From Octopus sinensis (lineage: Eukaryota), in assembly GCF_006345805.1 (NCBI RefSeq), contig NC_042999.1, forward strand, positions 151,528,001 through 151,592,000: a stretch of 64,000 bases of DNA, read 5' to 3'. Under the pieces are notes generated by a model that searched no databases, was not told where the DNA came from, and was given only the letters and a program-made list of their open reading frames with translations. This document shows positions 1-12,458 of this stretch, one piece after another. The position numbers were made by a program, and so were the translations under genes. The stretch's first letter is position 1. Each line of letters opens with the position of its first letter.

Positions 1-44
1 AACGCACACAGACACACACACACACACACAAAACATGCATGCAT

Positions 45-82
<38 letters not shown>

Positions 83-262
83 CATGTATGCACATACACG
101 CACACAAAACGCACGAACGCACACAGACACACACATACAAAACATGCACGGACGTGCACACACACATGCACACACACATGCACACACACACACACACAAA
201 ACATGTATGCACACACACGCACACACACATACACACACATACACATACACACAAATGTGCGT
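1..262. repeat. (CA)n-rich compound microsatellite
   Basis: Imperfect CA/CACG/CATG dinucleotide array; explains the His/Thr ORFs in the track. Confidence 0.95.
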
Positions 263-303
263 CTATAAATAAAGATCGATTTTTATATTAATCTGACTCT
301 GAT

Positions 304-521
304 AAGGCGGCAAGCTGGCCGAATCATTAGCATGCTGGGCAAAATGCTTAACAGTATTTCATCTGTCTTTATGTTTTGAGTTCAAATTCCGCTGAGGTCG
401 ACTTTGCCTTTCATCCTTTCGGGGTCGATAAATAAAGTACCAATTGTGTACTGGGGTTGATCTAATCAACTGGCCACCTCCCCAAAAATTTCAGGCCTTG
501 TGCCTTGAGTAGGAAAGGATA
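304..521 (+). mobile_element. SINE family B (tRNA-like head, conserved central core), full copy
   Basis: Head aaggcggcaagctggccgaatc, B-box gttcaaattcc, core gtcgactttgcctttcatcctttcggggtcgataaataaagtacc; the same sequence recurs more than 12 times in the window. The core resembles Deu/Nin-type SINE domains (from memory, unverified). Confidence 0.85.
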
Positions 522-738
522 TTAATCTGATGATGGCTTAACTGGTTGTAACTTTGAGATCACTATTAACAATATTCTTGTTTAACCTTTAAACATTCAA
601 ATTACTCTGTCAAATGTAATGCTTGTTTATTTATATTGTTTTGAATTAATCATGCATTATCCTGTTGCTTAGAAATTTTGATGATGTGTTTGTGTGTATA
701 TATATATATGTGTGTGTGTGTATATGTATGTATGTATG

Positions 739-783
<45 letters not shown>

Positions 784-788
<5 letters not shown>

Positions 789-900
789 CAACTAAAAACT
801 TTTCCGGTAATAGCCGGCTGTAGTTGCAACTAGGCTTCATGTACCTTTGCATGTCATTTAAGTCCTCCTGCTATTACCGGAAAAGTTTTTAGTTGCCAAT
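784..900. mobile_element. Tiny MITE with perfect 31-bp terminal inverted repeats
   Basis: attggcaactaaaaacttttccggtaatagc (784-814) is the exact reverse complement of 870-900; it lies at the end of a (TA)n run, consistent with Tc1/mariner TA targeting. Confidence 0.8.
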
Positions 901-1518
901 TCTGTACAAAACATTGTAGACTTTTAGCTGGGCTAAAAGGTCACATTCGATCACAGCACCAATAACAGTTAAGCTTCATGCAATGGCCATACTCGATAAC
1001 GAGGGGGCAGCCATCATATATATATATATATATATTTACCAGAGCAAGCACATAAATGTGAAACAAGGTGGAAAAAATAGTACTCGAATACCAGAGGTAT
1101 TAAAAAGCAGCAAAGATATCACAAAAACTGTTACTCAGAGTTCCATGTTCCCATCCATTGGACAGTTTTGTTCCCTTCTAAATAAAACTGTCCGACGAAC
1201 GGGAAAGTGAAACAGAAAAAGAGAAACAGTTTTTGTGATATTTTTGCTGTGAACAGAATAAATTTATTCTAAAAAACCTTACTACTAATCAACCATTTAA
1301 TTTGAATTTAAACACTTAGCTTGTTGTTGTTTGAATAATATAAGATAGCAGGAACAACTTAATAATGTTGTAATGTTGTAAAACTAATAAAATTAATAGA
1401 ATTTATCTTAAATTTCAAATGGTCTTCCCTAGTTTGAGTTTATAAAGTATTTCAACTATTCCTGCTACTCTTCCTAATTTGATGCATTTGTCAGTGGAAT
1501 TATTTATTTACTTACAGT

Positions 1519-1858
1519 GTGAAGATGCATGGCTCAGTGGTTAGAGTGTCGAGCTTACAATTGTGAGGTTATGAGCTTGAATCCCAGACTGGGCTGCGTA
1601 TTGTGTTCTTGCGCAAGACACTTTATTTCATGTTGCTCCAGTTCACTCAGCTGTAGAAATGAGTTGCGACATCACAGGTGCCAAGCTGTATCAGCCTTTG
1701 CTTTTCTCTTGGATAACACTGGTGGTATGGAGAGGGGAGGCCGGTATGCTTGGGTGACTGTTGGTCTTCCATAAACAACCTTGCCCAGACTTGTGCCTGG
1801 GAGGGTAACTTTCTAGGTGCAATTTCAAGGTCTGTGTCATGACCTAAAGGGGTCTCTC
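1519..1858 (+). mobile_element. SINE family D (tRNA-derived head), full copy
   Basis: A-box tggctcagtgg and degenerate B-box; body shared with 12140-12458 and head shared with 4286-4378. Confidence 0.8.
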
Positions 1859-2040
1859 AGATACAGCGTAAACAGAGTTAGCAGTTATAATAACTGACTA
1901 AGGGATAAAATATCTGTATGTACTATCGATATCCTTTACCCATGTTATCCCTGGGCATTGGTGGGCAGGTACACTATGCATGTAGAGTGCAGGTAACAAC
2001 AGAATAAACAAGAGTTTATCAGGAAACGAATACAAGTACT

Positions 2041-2445
2041 GCTTGATTGGCACTTGTGCCAGTGGAACGTTAAAAGCACCGTCCAAGGGTAAGCATTGCC
2101 AGGGCCACTGACTGGCTCCTGTGCTGGTGACACATAAAAAGCACTATTTGAGCGTGATCATTGCTAGTGTCGCCTTACTGGTACATGTGCCACTGGCATG
2201 TGAAAAACAACATTCAAGCATGGCCGTTGCCAGTGCCACCAGACTGGCTCCTGTGCAATTGGCACATAAAAGCACCCACTACACTCTCAGAGTGGTTGAT
2301 GTTAGGAAGGGTATCCAGCTGTAGAAATTCTGTCAGATCAAATTGGAGCCTGGTGCAGCCATTTGGCTCACCAGTCCTCAGTCAAACCGTCCAACCCATG
2401 CCAGCATGGAAAGTGGATGTGAAACGATGATGATGATGATGATGG
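2041..2445 (+). mobile_element. 5'-truncated RTE LINE 3' UTR with tandem modules and (GAT)n tail
   Basis: gtggcacataaaaagcac modules, ttaggaagggtatccagctgtagaaa, and (gat)n tail; the same tail follows RTE coding sequence at 43145-44010. Confidence 0.8.
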
Positions 2446-2541
2446 AGAAAACCTCATATTAATAAACACATTAATTGTACACATTTGCTGCTTATTTTAT
2501 AATATTCAAAGCATGACATAACAAATAGGTGACGTAACAAA

Positions 2542-2654
2542 TCTTATGGCTGTTTCTGCATTCGTTGCCAAGTGCTGTCTATAAATAATTGTGAAAATAA
2601 AATTCTTCATTTTCATAGGACATTCGGATTTAGGCATGGAGCTTCATCAGAGTA
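2542..2654 (-). ncRNA. Degenerate minimal hammerhead ribozyme motif
   Basis: Minus strand: CTGATGA-AGC...GC-A-GAAAC-AGCC-ATA-AGA; homologous to 54657-54772; the GTH triplet is mutated to ATA. Confidence 0.45.
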
Positions 2655-3364
2655 AAAATCAAGAGCATCCAATATAAAAAAAGGGAAGAAGGAATATACA
2701 TATATATTATAGGCACAGGAGTGGCTGTGTTGTAAGTAGCTTGCTTACCAACCACATGGTTCTGGGTTCAGTTCCACTGCATCATCATCATCATCATCAT
2801 CACCATCATTGTCATTGCCACCATCATCATCATTTAATGTCCACTGTCCATGCTGGCATGGGTTGGACAGTTTGACCAGGGTTGGCAAGCTGAGGGACTG
2901 CACCAGACTCCAGTCTGATTTGGCACGGTTTCTATCTATGGCTAGAATCCATTCCTAAAGTCAATGCCCATAATTTTTTGACACTTAAGCTAATGTAAAT
3001 TTATATATTTAGGAATTGGATACTAATTTAAAACTTATAACTACCTATGTAGCTTTATTTTACACATAAGTTTAATTATGCCCATACAAGTCACATGCTG
3101 CCTATCATATCTTTTCCATTTCTCTATTAGTTTATATTATTCTATTTTGCTTCATTTATTTACCATTATTGCCATTGTAATCATAACTGCTCAATTTTTC
3201 TTTGAGACTTTCTTAAATCTGTATATATTAATCCTCAATACAGTTTATCAATACACTACTTAGCTGTATTTCTCTTGTGTATTCTATTTATTTTACTATA
3301 ACTAAACTATAAACATGTTTTAAATCTCTGAGCAAGAGAAATACAGTAACAGTACCAGATAGTA

Positions 3365-3852
3365 ATGTTTATATACTAACATAACATGGCAGTCCTGTAA
3401 AGAACAATGTTACTGTTGTTTTAGCCTCAGGGAAACATCTTTTCCAGCTGGCTAATGACACACAGTCTGTGTCCATATACAGCATTTGCAAGGGAGGTCA
3501 TCACTCCCATCTCTAGTCTTATGTGATACTCACAGACCTAGGTTTCTGGATGTTATCTGTCCTCAGTGTGAGACACTGTGTGTTGCTTAAAGAATATATA
3601 GTATTTGTGAGTGGAGATAGCTTTCGTCATTATCTGGTGATTATCTTACACCAAGGATGGATAACATCCAGAAACCTAGGTCTGCGAGTATCACATAAAG
3701 CTAGAGATGGGAGCAATGTCCTCCCTTGCAAATGCTATATACATACACAGACTGTGTGTCGTTAGCCAGCTGGAAAAGATGTTTTCCTGGGGCTAAAACA
3801 ACAGTAGCATCCTCCTTTGCAGGACGGCCACTTGATGTTGGCATATAAACAT
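3365..3852. mobile_element. Fold-back element with ~190-bp inverted arms
   Basis: Arms 3365-3557 and 3660-3852 are reverse-complementary (e.g. acagacctaggtttctggatgttatc vs gataacatccagaaacctaggtctgc). Confidence 0.85.
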
Positions 3853-4527
3853 AACTAAACTATAAACATTCATACATATCAAATTGAAGAAAATAGATTG
3901 GAGGTACTGATCTTATCTACCTGTATATCTCATCAACCTGTATATCTCACTATTATGAGCACACCACACAATAAAATATAATTTTGTACACTGTCTCTTT
4001 ACAATTAAGGCTGTCAGTTACTTCAAAGAATTCACAAAGCCATTTGTAATTTTGGCACTGGTCTTTGTGATAATAAATTTTCACTGTTAGTCTCTGATTC
4101 TAGGGGGAGCCAGCAGATTTAGTTGAAGATGAAATATGCCATTCAACTTTTCTTCTATTTTCTATCATTTGTTCTATTCAATTATAGTTTGTCTCCCATC
4201 CTCTTTCCACTTGGGAAATCAATCTTTCACTGACAGCCTATTTTGCACTATCAACAAATACTGATTATCCAGTTATAATCCTACTAGTGAAGGCAAATGG
4301 CTCAATGGTTAGAGCTCACAATCATGAGGTAGTAAGTTCGATTCCCAGACTGGGCTGTATGTTGTGTTCTTCAGCAAGTATTCAGTACATCAGTCATTGA
4401 CTTATTTTCTCCAAAATTCATGCCACTGACCTATTTGAACAATCATACTCAGCTTCTTCACATCCTTTTTTTTTCTGCTTAAATTCCATATTCCACATAC
4501 TGGCATGCCAATAACCATTGTACTTCT

Positions 4528-4938
4528 AAGGCGGTGATCTGGCAGAATCGTTAGCACTTCAGGCAAAATGCTTAGCGGTATTTCATCTGTCTTTACTTTC
4601 TGAGTTCAAATTCTACCGAGGTCGACTTTGCCTTTTGTCCTTTTGGGGTTGATAAATTAAGTACCAGTTGCGTACTGAGTTCGATCTAGTTGACTGGCCC
4701 CCTCCCCCAAAATTTTGGGACTTGTCATAGAGTAGAAAAGAATTTTTAAAGCAGCGATCTGGGAGAATCGTTAGCACGCTGGGTGAAATGCTTAGCGGTA
4801 TTTCATCTGCTGTTACGTTCTGACTTTGCTGAAGTCGACTTTGCCTTTCATCCTTTTGCATACTGGGGTTGATCTAATCAACTTGTTCCCTTCCCCAAAA
4901 TTTCAGGCCTTGTGCCTAGAGTCGAAAAGAAATGAATG
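4528..4938 (+). mobile_element. Head-to-tail dimer of SINE B within one 14-bp TSD
   Basis: accattgtacttct at 4514-4527 and 4939-4952 flanks two complete SINE B units. Confidence 0.85.
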
Positions 4939-5566
4939 ACCATTGTACTTCTGCTTTTTCATAAATGAATTTTGCTCCAAATTTTGATACTTGGTCTAGC
5001 TAACTTCTTTCTGCTCCAGTTCTTTCTGCTACTTCTGTTTGACAAAACTAATAGCATGTTTTTCAATATATAGTCATTTAAAATCACACCAGCATAAAAG
5101 ATATTTTCATTGATGTATTGAAAGCAATATCTCAATTTCCTGTATTCTGTAGAAGTGTAATTAAAAGCTTGTGTTCGCAGACAAAAGAAGGTGGGATTAT
5201 TTCAGTTATAAAGCTGTAAGATATATGTAGAATATAAACATGGCTACTGTTGCAACAGATAGATGAGACATTATACAGTATGGAATTTTCTCTGAATTCG
5301 CTTTTCAGATTTAATTTTCTCTAAAAGATGCCTTACTTTACATGAAGTAAAATTTGATTCTAATTTATATAGATGCTATTTTCACTTCTGAGTTCAGGAA
5401 TTTGTGTTAGAAAGGGATATAATTTTGCAAAATAAAAGTCCCAATGTAATATATGCCTTGCAGGAAGACGAAACCTAAAGAAGTGTATGCATATATATGT
5501 ACAAACACACACACACACAAACACATCAGGCACATGCCATCAATAATTATATATATATATATATAT

Positions 5567-5790
5567 AGGGAGAATTCACTAAAAAACAAAAGACGAAGAC
5601 AGGTGGTGTAGACAACAAACAGATGTATTAGTATAATGCTCGGGAAGTGAAAAAGTCTTTAACGTTTCAAGCCTACGCTCTTCCACAGAGAGGAACACAG
5701 AAAGAAACACGGAGATAAATGAAGAATGTGTAGTGGCTAGCGATCTATCATGGTGAATGCCAGACAGAAGGGTCACACAGGAGAGCTAGG
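5567..5790 (-). mobile_element. Short PLE-derived unit with hammerhead-like motif (older relative of the 51033 family)
   Basis: Minus strand ctgtggaagagcgtaggcttgaaacgttaaaga; inserted at a (TA)n run; homologous to 16015-16222 and 51033-51492. Confidence 0.7.
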
Positions 5791-5899
5791 GAGAAGGGGA
5801 GATAATAAAGTAGTGGTGATTCCAAAATGAAGGTGCATGTGCATGTGTATAAGAGAGTTTGTATGTGTGTGTGGAAGAGGGCTGGTGACCTTGACGTGT

Positions 5900-6320
5900 G
5901 TGTGTGTGTATGTGCAGATGTAAAAATGTGGGTCTGGGAAGTGGTCACAGTGCTGATGTGTGCTTGGTGGTGTGTTGTGATGTGATGTTTTGAGTGGTAT
6001 GGTGGTGTAAGATGTAGTGGTGTGTGGTGTGATAGTGTTGGGAAGTGGGGGAGGCGAGAATGGGGAAAACAAGTGTGAGTTAGGCTGAGGGTGGGGGTAG
6101 AGGTGGGTAGGTGGGTAGGTGGGTAGGTGGAGGTAGGGATGGGGTATATGGGAGTGGGTGTAAAGGATGGGGGTGGGGTGGGATGGGGAAGGATAGGGAA
6201 GGTGGGGTGGAATGTGTAGGGGTGGGGTGGGCTTACGAGAGAGGGGTGACGATGAAGGGGAAGGAGGTGGGTAGGAGTGAAGAGAGAGAGACACACACAC
6301 ACACATGCACACACACACAC
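5900..6320 (+). repeat. G/T-rich low-complexity tract
   Basis: Multiple GGG/GGGG runs (gtgggtaggtgggtaggtggg, gggggtggggtggg) followed by (CA)n. Confidence 0.85.
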
Positions 6321-6894
6321 ACACACACACGAAACATTCCACATATTTTTGTTAACTAGGCAAATGACACTTGTCTTGGATAAATATGTGGTATTGATTC
6401 CAAAACCCCTATCAGTTTTGAGTTATGATGTGCATTTCACCAAATCCTGCTGTGAAAGGGAAAAACATTGGTTCAACCATAGGAACCCATCGTAACCTAA
6501 TCTTCTAATATCATGCTGTCTGCTATAAACATCACCTCTATTCCAAAGTACGTAGTTTCTGTCTTCATGTTCTTTCTTTACCTTATTGCTCAGTATCTTT
6601 ATTATCAGGTATACGTTTACAAGCAGTCTGAATATTTCTATCAGATAATATTTTTCTCATTTTGCATTTTCTAATTCTGGCAATTTAGAATGAAAAATGA
6701 AACACCATCAGCCTTTTACTTCTTTTCTACTTAAAAAAGATACCTATTTTTGTTTTATATTGCCCTGCTTGCTCGTTATGAGGTATATTTTAATTGCTTA
6801 ACCCATTCAAGGCCATAATTCAACTATAAGTATTATTTATAAACTAGCTGCCCCTATGATATTACAATGAGAGTTACCGGGATTTAAGCAACTG

Positions 6895-7015
6895 TAATGA
6901 AAGTTTCAAGGATCAAAGTTTTAGTCATAAAATTACTGAGTTCAGAGTTACTAGGATTAAAGTTACAAGGGTCAGAGTTTCTAGGGTCAAAGTTACTGTA
7001 GTCAAAATTACAAGA
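6895..7015. repeat. Degenerate ~15-bp minisatellite (agggtcaaagttact-like)
   Basis: About 7 diverged units, e.g. aagggtcagagtttct, tagggtcaaagttact, tagtcaaaattaca. Confidence 0.65.
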
Positions 7016-7391
7016 AGCTGTTTCCAAGGAAAGTAAATTTCCCCCATGGCCCATACATATACATACCACAAGCCACTTTCAGTTTCTATCTACCACATCC
7101 ATACTCAAGGCTTTGGTCAGCTTGGAGCTATAGTAGAAGACACTTGCCAAGGTGCCACATAGTGGGACTGATCTCAGAACCATGTAACTGGGAAGCAAAT
7201 TTCTTAACCTCCATGCTATGCCTATATACATCATGTTTGTCTGTTGGTATGTGTGTGCATGTGTGTGTGCACCTACACCAGTATAAGTGACACTGAAAAA
7301 TACAAGCTTTGGATTTAGATGATGTTTTAGAATATACAAACTGAAAGGCAGTGAGCCTTGATGATGATGATGATGATGATGATGGAGATGG

Positions 7392-7429
<38 letters not shown>

Positions 7430-7879
7430 TGGAGGAGGAGGAGGAGAATGTGCTAAAGTAAAGGTACAAGATATGGTTTATGATGATGGTGTGAAAGGCT
7501 TACAATTGGATTCAGTACAACAGACTATTATCGTCCAGATTGCCCACTTCTTGCTTGAAAATGTATTGAAAAGTTTGATTAAATATTTATAGAGAAGAAA
7601 TGACAAATATATTTTAGCTCTTAGAAGATAACATGTTAACGTGATGTTGAATGCAGCTGCTGTTTTAGTTCTTCAGAACTGGCTGGAATATAAGATTCCT
7701 GGAAAAGAAAATATAAAGATTATTGGGTTTATATACTTGTTTTACAAGATTCTTGATGTGAGCTTGTGTGCTGAAACAGATATTGTTATATTTAGGGATG
7801 ATCATTTTGCCAATAAACACACACACACACTATGTATTTGATCATCATTTTAGCTTTATCATTATTATTATTCGTTTAT

Positions 7880-8872
7880 TAAGGTGGTGAGTTTGGCAGA
7901 ATTGTTAGCATGCTGGATGAAATGCTTAGCAGTATTGCACCTGTTGCTATGTTCTGTGTTCAAATTCTGTTAAGGCCGACTCTGCCTTTCATCCTTTTGG
8001 GGTCAATAAATTAAGTACCAGTGAAACACTGGGGTCAATATAATCAACAAGTCCCCTTCCCCCAAATTTCAGAACTTGTGCCTATAGTAACAAAGATTAT
8101 CATTATTAGTTTATTTTGTAAAGTGAGATCTGACTGGGCCTGATGAAGCCTTCCGGCTTCACAGACCCCAGTTGAACCGTCCAACCCATGCTAGCATGGA
8201 AAACGGACGCTAAATGATGATGATGATGATGATGATGTGACTTTGCAGAATCGATAGCATTCCAGACACAATGCTTAATGGCATTTCGTCCATCTTTATG
8301 TTCTGAGTTCAAATTCAGCCAAAGTCAATTTTTCTCTTCTTCCTTTCAGGGCGATAAAATAAGTACCAGTTGAGCAATGGGGGTTGATGAAATCAACTTA
8401 TCCCCTCCACCCAAATTGCTGGCCTTGTGCCAAAATTTGAAATTATTAATTTTACTTCACCTGTAAGAGTTCTTTCATTACAGATTCTGTGACCTCTCTA
8501 ATGACAATCCATTCTGCATATCTCCTCTTTTCTCTAGTCTTGTCCTGTCTATTCAAGATGGAATAAACAAGACAAAACCAGAGAGAAGAGGAGACATGGA
8601 GAAGAACAGGTTGGCATTAAAGGGATCGCAGAATTTGTGTATATATAGATATATATATATAAGGTGAACTGGCAGAAATGTTAGCATGCCAGGCAAAATG
8701 CTTAGCAGTATTTCATCTGTGTTTATGTTCTAAGTTCAATTCCTCCAAGGTTGACTTTGCCTTTCATCCTTTCAGGGTCGATAAATTAAGTACCAGTTGC
8801 ATACTGGGGTCAATCTAATCAACTGGTCCCCTCCCACAAAATTTTGGGTCTTGTGCCTAGAGTTGAAAATAA
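7880..8872 (+). mobile_element. Cluster of three SINE B copies (about 7880-8095, 8240-8435, 8660-8872) plus an RTE tail (8125-8235)
   Basis: Repeated gttcaaatt...gactttgcctttcatcctt...aagtaccagt cores. Confidence 0.8.
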
Positions 8873-9659
8873 TATTTATACACACACACACACACACACA
8901 CATATGAAAAAGAAGTTGAAAATGCACTTGGATTCATTTAGATATTTTATTTTTAAAAACCTAACCGGTTTCATAGATTTTTCTGATTTTCAAAAGTTGA
9001 AATGAGTTAGAAAAACAGATGCAGCTTTCCCTCCTCTATCTCACAAACAACAATGCTTGAAACATTATACACCCACTCTTTTTTCCATCTTATACTGAAC
9101 ATCAAATTAATGCATTCCATTTGTACATCCTTTTGACTTTGGCTGTTTTGTTATTTGTTGTTTTTAATTTGCCTAAGTGTGTGTGTATGTGTATAGAAGG
9201 AAGTACTCAACACATCTGGTAGGAGTTTACATACATTTATTTAATAGCAGTTTGATTTGGCTCCATGTAACTTAAAGTTTCGTAGCCATATCATATGAAC
9301 CTAGCTCATCAGGCTTAGGTAACTGAATGGAAAGATGGAAGAAGTTCAAAATGGCTGCTGGAGATTGGGATATTATTGGTCATGGTGGGCCACATGGTGT
9401 TGCTACTGGTATTGAAATATCAGAACATCAAATACATCAAATTTAAATCACAACTTGTATTTCTCAGATTGCATGGTTGGACAGAATGTTGGTGGCACCT
9501 TGCACTCTAAGTAATATGGGCAAGAATCTTTAGCCACAACAGCTACCTATGTGGGTATGTGTGTGAGTGTGCCTGCTGCATCAGTATGTGAGTGTGCATA
9601 TCTAAATATAGATAAACATCAAATTCTTAATCGATTTGAACAGTTCCTTTTGGAAGCCT

Positions 9660-10058
9660 TTACTCTTTACTCTTTTACTTGTTTCAGTCATGTGGCTGTG
9701 GCCATGCTGGAGCACCTCCTTTAGTCAGGCAAATCGACCCCAGGACGTATTCTTTTTAAGCCTAGTACTTATTCTATCGATCTCTTTTTACTGAACCGCT
9801 AAGTTATGGGGATGTAAACACACCAGCATCGGTTGTCAAATGAAGTTGGTGGGACAAACACAGACACATAAATACTCACACACATATATATACATATATA
9901 CAATGGGTTTCTTTCAGTTTCTATCTACCAAATCCACTCACAAGGCTTTGATCGACCTGAGGCTATAGTAGAAGACACTTGCCAAAGGTGCCATGCAGTG
10001 GGACTGAACCCGGAACAATAAGGTTCATAAGCAAGCTACTTACCACACAGCCTCTCCT
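9660..10058 (-). mobile_element. SINE family A (tRNA-like head, internal TA/TG microsatellite), full copy
   Basis: Reverse complement of the consensus ggagtggctgtgtggtaagtagcttgc...gactgaaacaagtaaaagagta seen in about 20 copies. Confidence 0.85.
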
Positions 10059-10204
10059 ACACCTTACCTTGAATTTTTATCTCTTTATTTGTCACTCCTC
10101 CATTCAGTACCTGAAACCAACGTTCATGATGCACAGTTTTCACATATGACTCTTACATGTCATTTTGTTCACTGATTTATAAATTTATATGTATATTTAT
10201 TTCT

Positions 10205-10458
10205 GTGCTGGTGGCATGTGTAAAAGGATTCGAGCGAGGTCGTTGCCAGTACCGCCTGACTGGCCCCCATGCCGGTGGCATGTAAAAAGCACCCACTACA
10301 TTCTCAGAGTGGTTGGCGTTAGGAAGGGCATCCAGCTGTAGAAACTCTGCCAAATCAAGATTGGAGCCTGGTGCAACCATCTGGTTCGCCAGCCCTCAGT
10401 CAAAATCGTCCAACCCATGCTAGCATGGAAAACGGACGTTAAACGATGATGATGATGA
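10205..10458 (+). mobile_element. RTE 3' UTR fragment
   Basis: Modules plus gaagggcatccagctgtagaaac and ggacgttaaacgatgatg tail. Confidence 0.8.
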
Positions 10459-10643
10459 TTTCGTTGTGTGTTTTAAATTATGCTTTGGAATTTGTATTGA
10501 TTGCTTGGATGTGTTCCTTCTATAATTTCCCTCATCTAAACATAGATAGGCATATAATTCGTGTGCATGCATGTATGTGTGTGTAAAGTGACTGTATGTA
10601 TGTATGTGTATGTTTACAATAAGGTTTTTCTGAAAACCACTAG

Positions 10644-10749
10644 CTACACATGATGCAGCTGTTGTCATTTCTACTGTCAACAAATTGGCTGCTGGCTTTT
10701 CAGTTTCAAAGATGCATGAAATAAGAAATCACTTAACAGAAAAACAAAT
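10644..10749 (+). CDS. Candidate internal host exon (x-THDAAVVISTVNKLAAGFSVSKMHEIRNHLTEKQ-x), product unidentified
   Basis: ccactAG acceptor, 106 nt open in one frame with a protein-like composition, consensus GTAAGT donor; lies in unique sequence between repeats. Confidence 0.45.
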
Positions 10750-11274
10750 GTAAGTTAATAACAGGAAAGACATCCCAATGTAAAACAATGCCTCAATAAC
10801 ATATTCATCTAACCCATGCTGTCATGGAAAAACGGACGTAAAAATGTATAAAACAAAGAAGGGAAGCCCATCACTTCTAGCAGAACTCTGGTTTTGCAGG
10901 ATAAACAAAATGATTTTCTAAAAATTCATGGTGTGTATATGTGTGTGTGTGTGTGTTGTGTGTGTGTGTGTGTGTGTGTATGTGGAAGGGGGTGGTTAGT
11001 AATATCTGTAGATGAGGAAGAGTGCTAGAGTAAAGAATAAAAAGTTATTTTATATAAAGAATAAAGAATAAAGAGTTCTTTTATGTTTACACCTTAATAT
11101 TTTAAGGTACCTCTACAAACAGAGATGATGAATGATTAGACGGCAGTTTTGGAGATTACTTGAGATGTTATTTTAAACATCATGAAGACACTTTCAGAAA
11201 TGGTTACATAAACAGTGTTGGATTCCATGTAGAGAATTGCAGAATCTACACTTGGTACAATATATGAGGTTGGT

Positions 11275-11665
11275 AAGGCGGGGAACTGGCAGAAACATTA
11301 GCACGCCAGGCGAAATGCTTAGCGGTATTTCGTCTGCCACTACGTTTTGAGTTCAAATTTCACCGAGGTTGACTTTGCCTTTCATCCTTTCAGGGTCGAT
11401 TAAATAAGTACCAGTTACGCACTGGGGTTGATATCTGTTTGTCTGTCCTTGTTTGTCCTCTCTGTGTTTAGCCCCTTGTGGGTAGTAAAGAAATAGGTAT
11501 TTTGTCTGTCTTTACGATCTGAGTTCAAATTCCGCTGAGGTCGACTTTGCCTCTCATCTTTTCAGGGTCAATAAATTAAGTACCAGTTGGATACTGGGGT
11601 CGATCTAATTGACTGGCCCCGTCTCCAAAAATTTCAGACCTTGTGCTTAAAGTAGAAAAGACTAC
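11275..11665 (+). mobile_element. Composite SINE B (unit with alternative tail plus a second core) within one 11-bp TSD
   Basis: atgaggttggt at 11264-11274 and 11666-11676. Confidence 0.8.
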
Positions 11666-12139
11666 ATGAGGTTGGTTGAGGTGCAATAGAAAATGGTCAG
11701 TAACATAAAATCAAGCTTTTGGGGCAGTAATGAACATGCTGTTCAAATTGATGGGCTGAGTGTGACAGTGACATGTAGAAAGGACATTTACTGGGTCATC
11801 GCTCTAGCAGGGCTTAGTTGTAAACTTGTCGTTGGTCATACACAATATTAGAAGAGGTGTGTGTGAAGGACAGAATGACAACACTAATATTTTTATAAGT
11901 TTCCATATTTTTATTACCCATAACATTTTCATTTACAAATGTACAACAATTATTTTAATTAAACAGAATGCCAAAGATAGTGAATGTGATAGATAAAAGT
12001 ATTTATTGCATAAAATATTTATATGACAGTTCATAATTACTAATGATTGAGTAAGTAGAAAAAGTGAGAACACTTTATCAGAAAAAACGATCAACAGAGT
12101 TTTGTGTAGAACCTAAGGTTGTTCTGATAGGCTGAATGT

Positions 12140-12458
12140 TCATGGCTCAGTGGTTAGAATATCATGAGGTAGTGAGTTTGATTCTCAGACCAGGCTGTGT
12201 GTAGTGTTCTTGAGCAAGACATTTTATTTCACATTGCTCCAGTTCCATCAGTTATAGAAATGAATTTTGATGTCACTGGTGCCAAGCTGTATAGGATTTT
12301 GCCTTTCCTTTGGATAACATCAGTGGCATAGAGAGGAAAGGCTGTTATGCATGAGTGACTGATGGTCTTCCATAAACAACCTTGCCCAGACTTGTGCTTC
12401 GGAGGGTAACTTTCTAGGTGCAATTCCATGGTTGTTCATGATCAAAGGGGGTCTTTAC
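12140..12458 (+). mobile_element. SINE family D
   Basis: Collinear with 1519-1858. Confidence 0.8.

Larger units (their letters stand above)
1895..2700 (-). mobile_element. Non-coding PLE-derived element with hammerhead motif, split by an RTE 3' UTR insertion (2041-2445)
   Basis: 1895-2040 matches the reverse complement of 33935-34075; 2446-2530 matches 33750-33830; 2542-2654 carries CTGATGA...GAAAC on the minus strand. Confidence 0.6.

Noticed and set aside
1150-1215. Hammerhead at ccgacgaacgggaaagtgaaacag
   Set aside because: The core is recognisable but the stem III, cleavage triplet and stem I partner are missing.
1519-1600. tRNA gene
   Set aside because: A and B boxes are present but there is no complete cloverleaf, and it continues into a SINE body; the same applies to the heads of SINE A and B.
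4380-5330. Ancient LINE ORF remnant on the minus strand, interrupted by SINEs
   Set aside because: Purine-rich and coding-like, but I could not recover a diagnostic RT or endonuclease motif.
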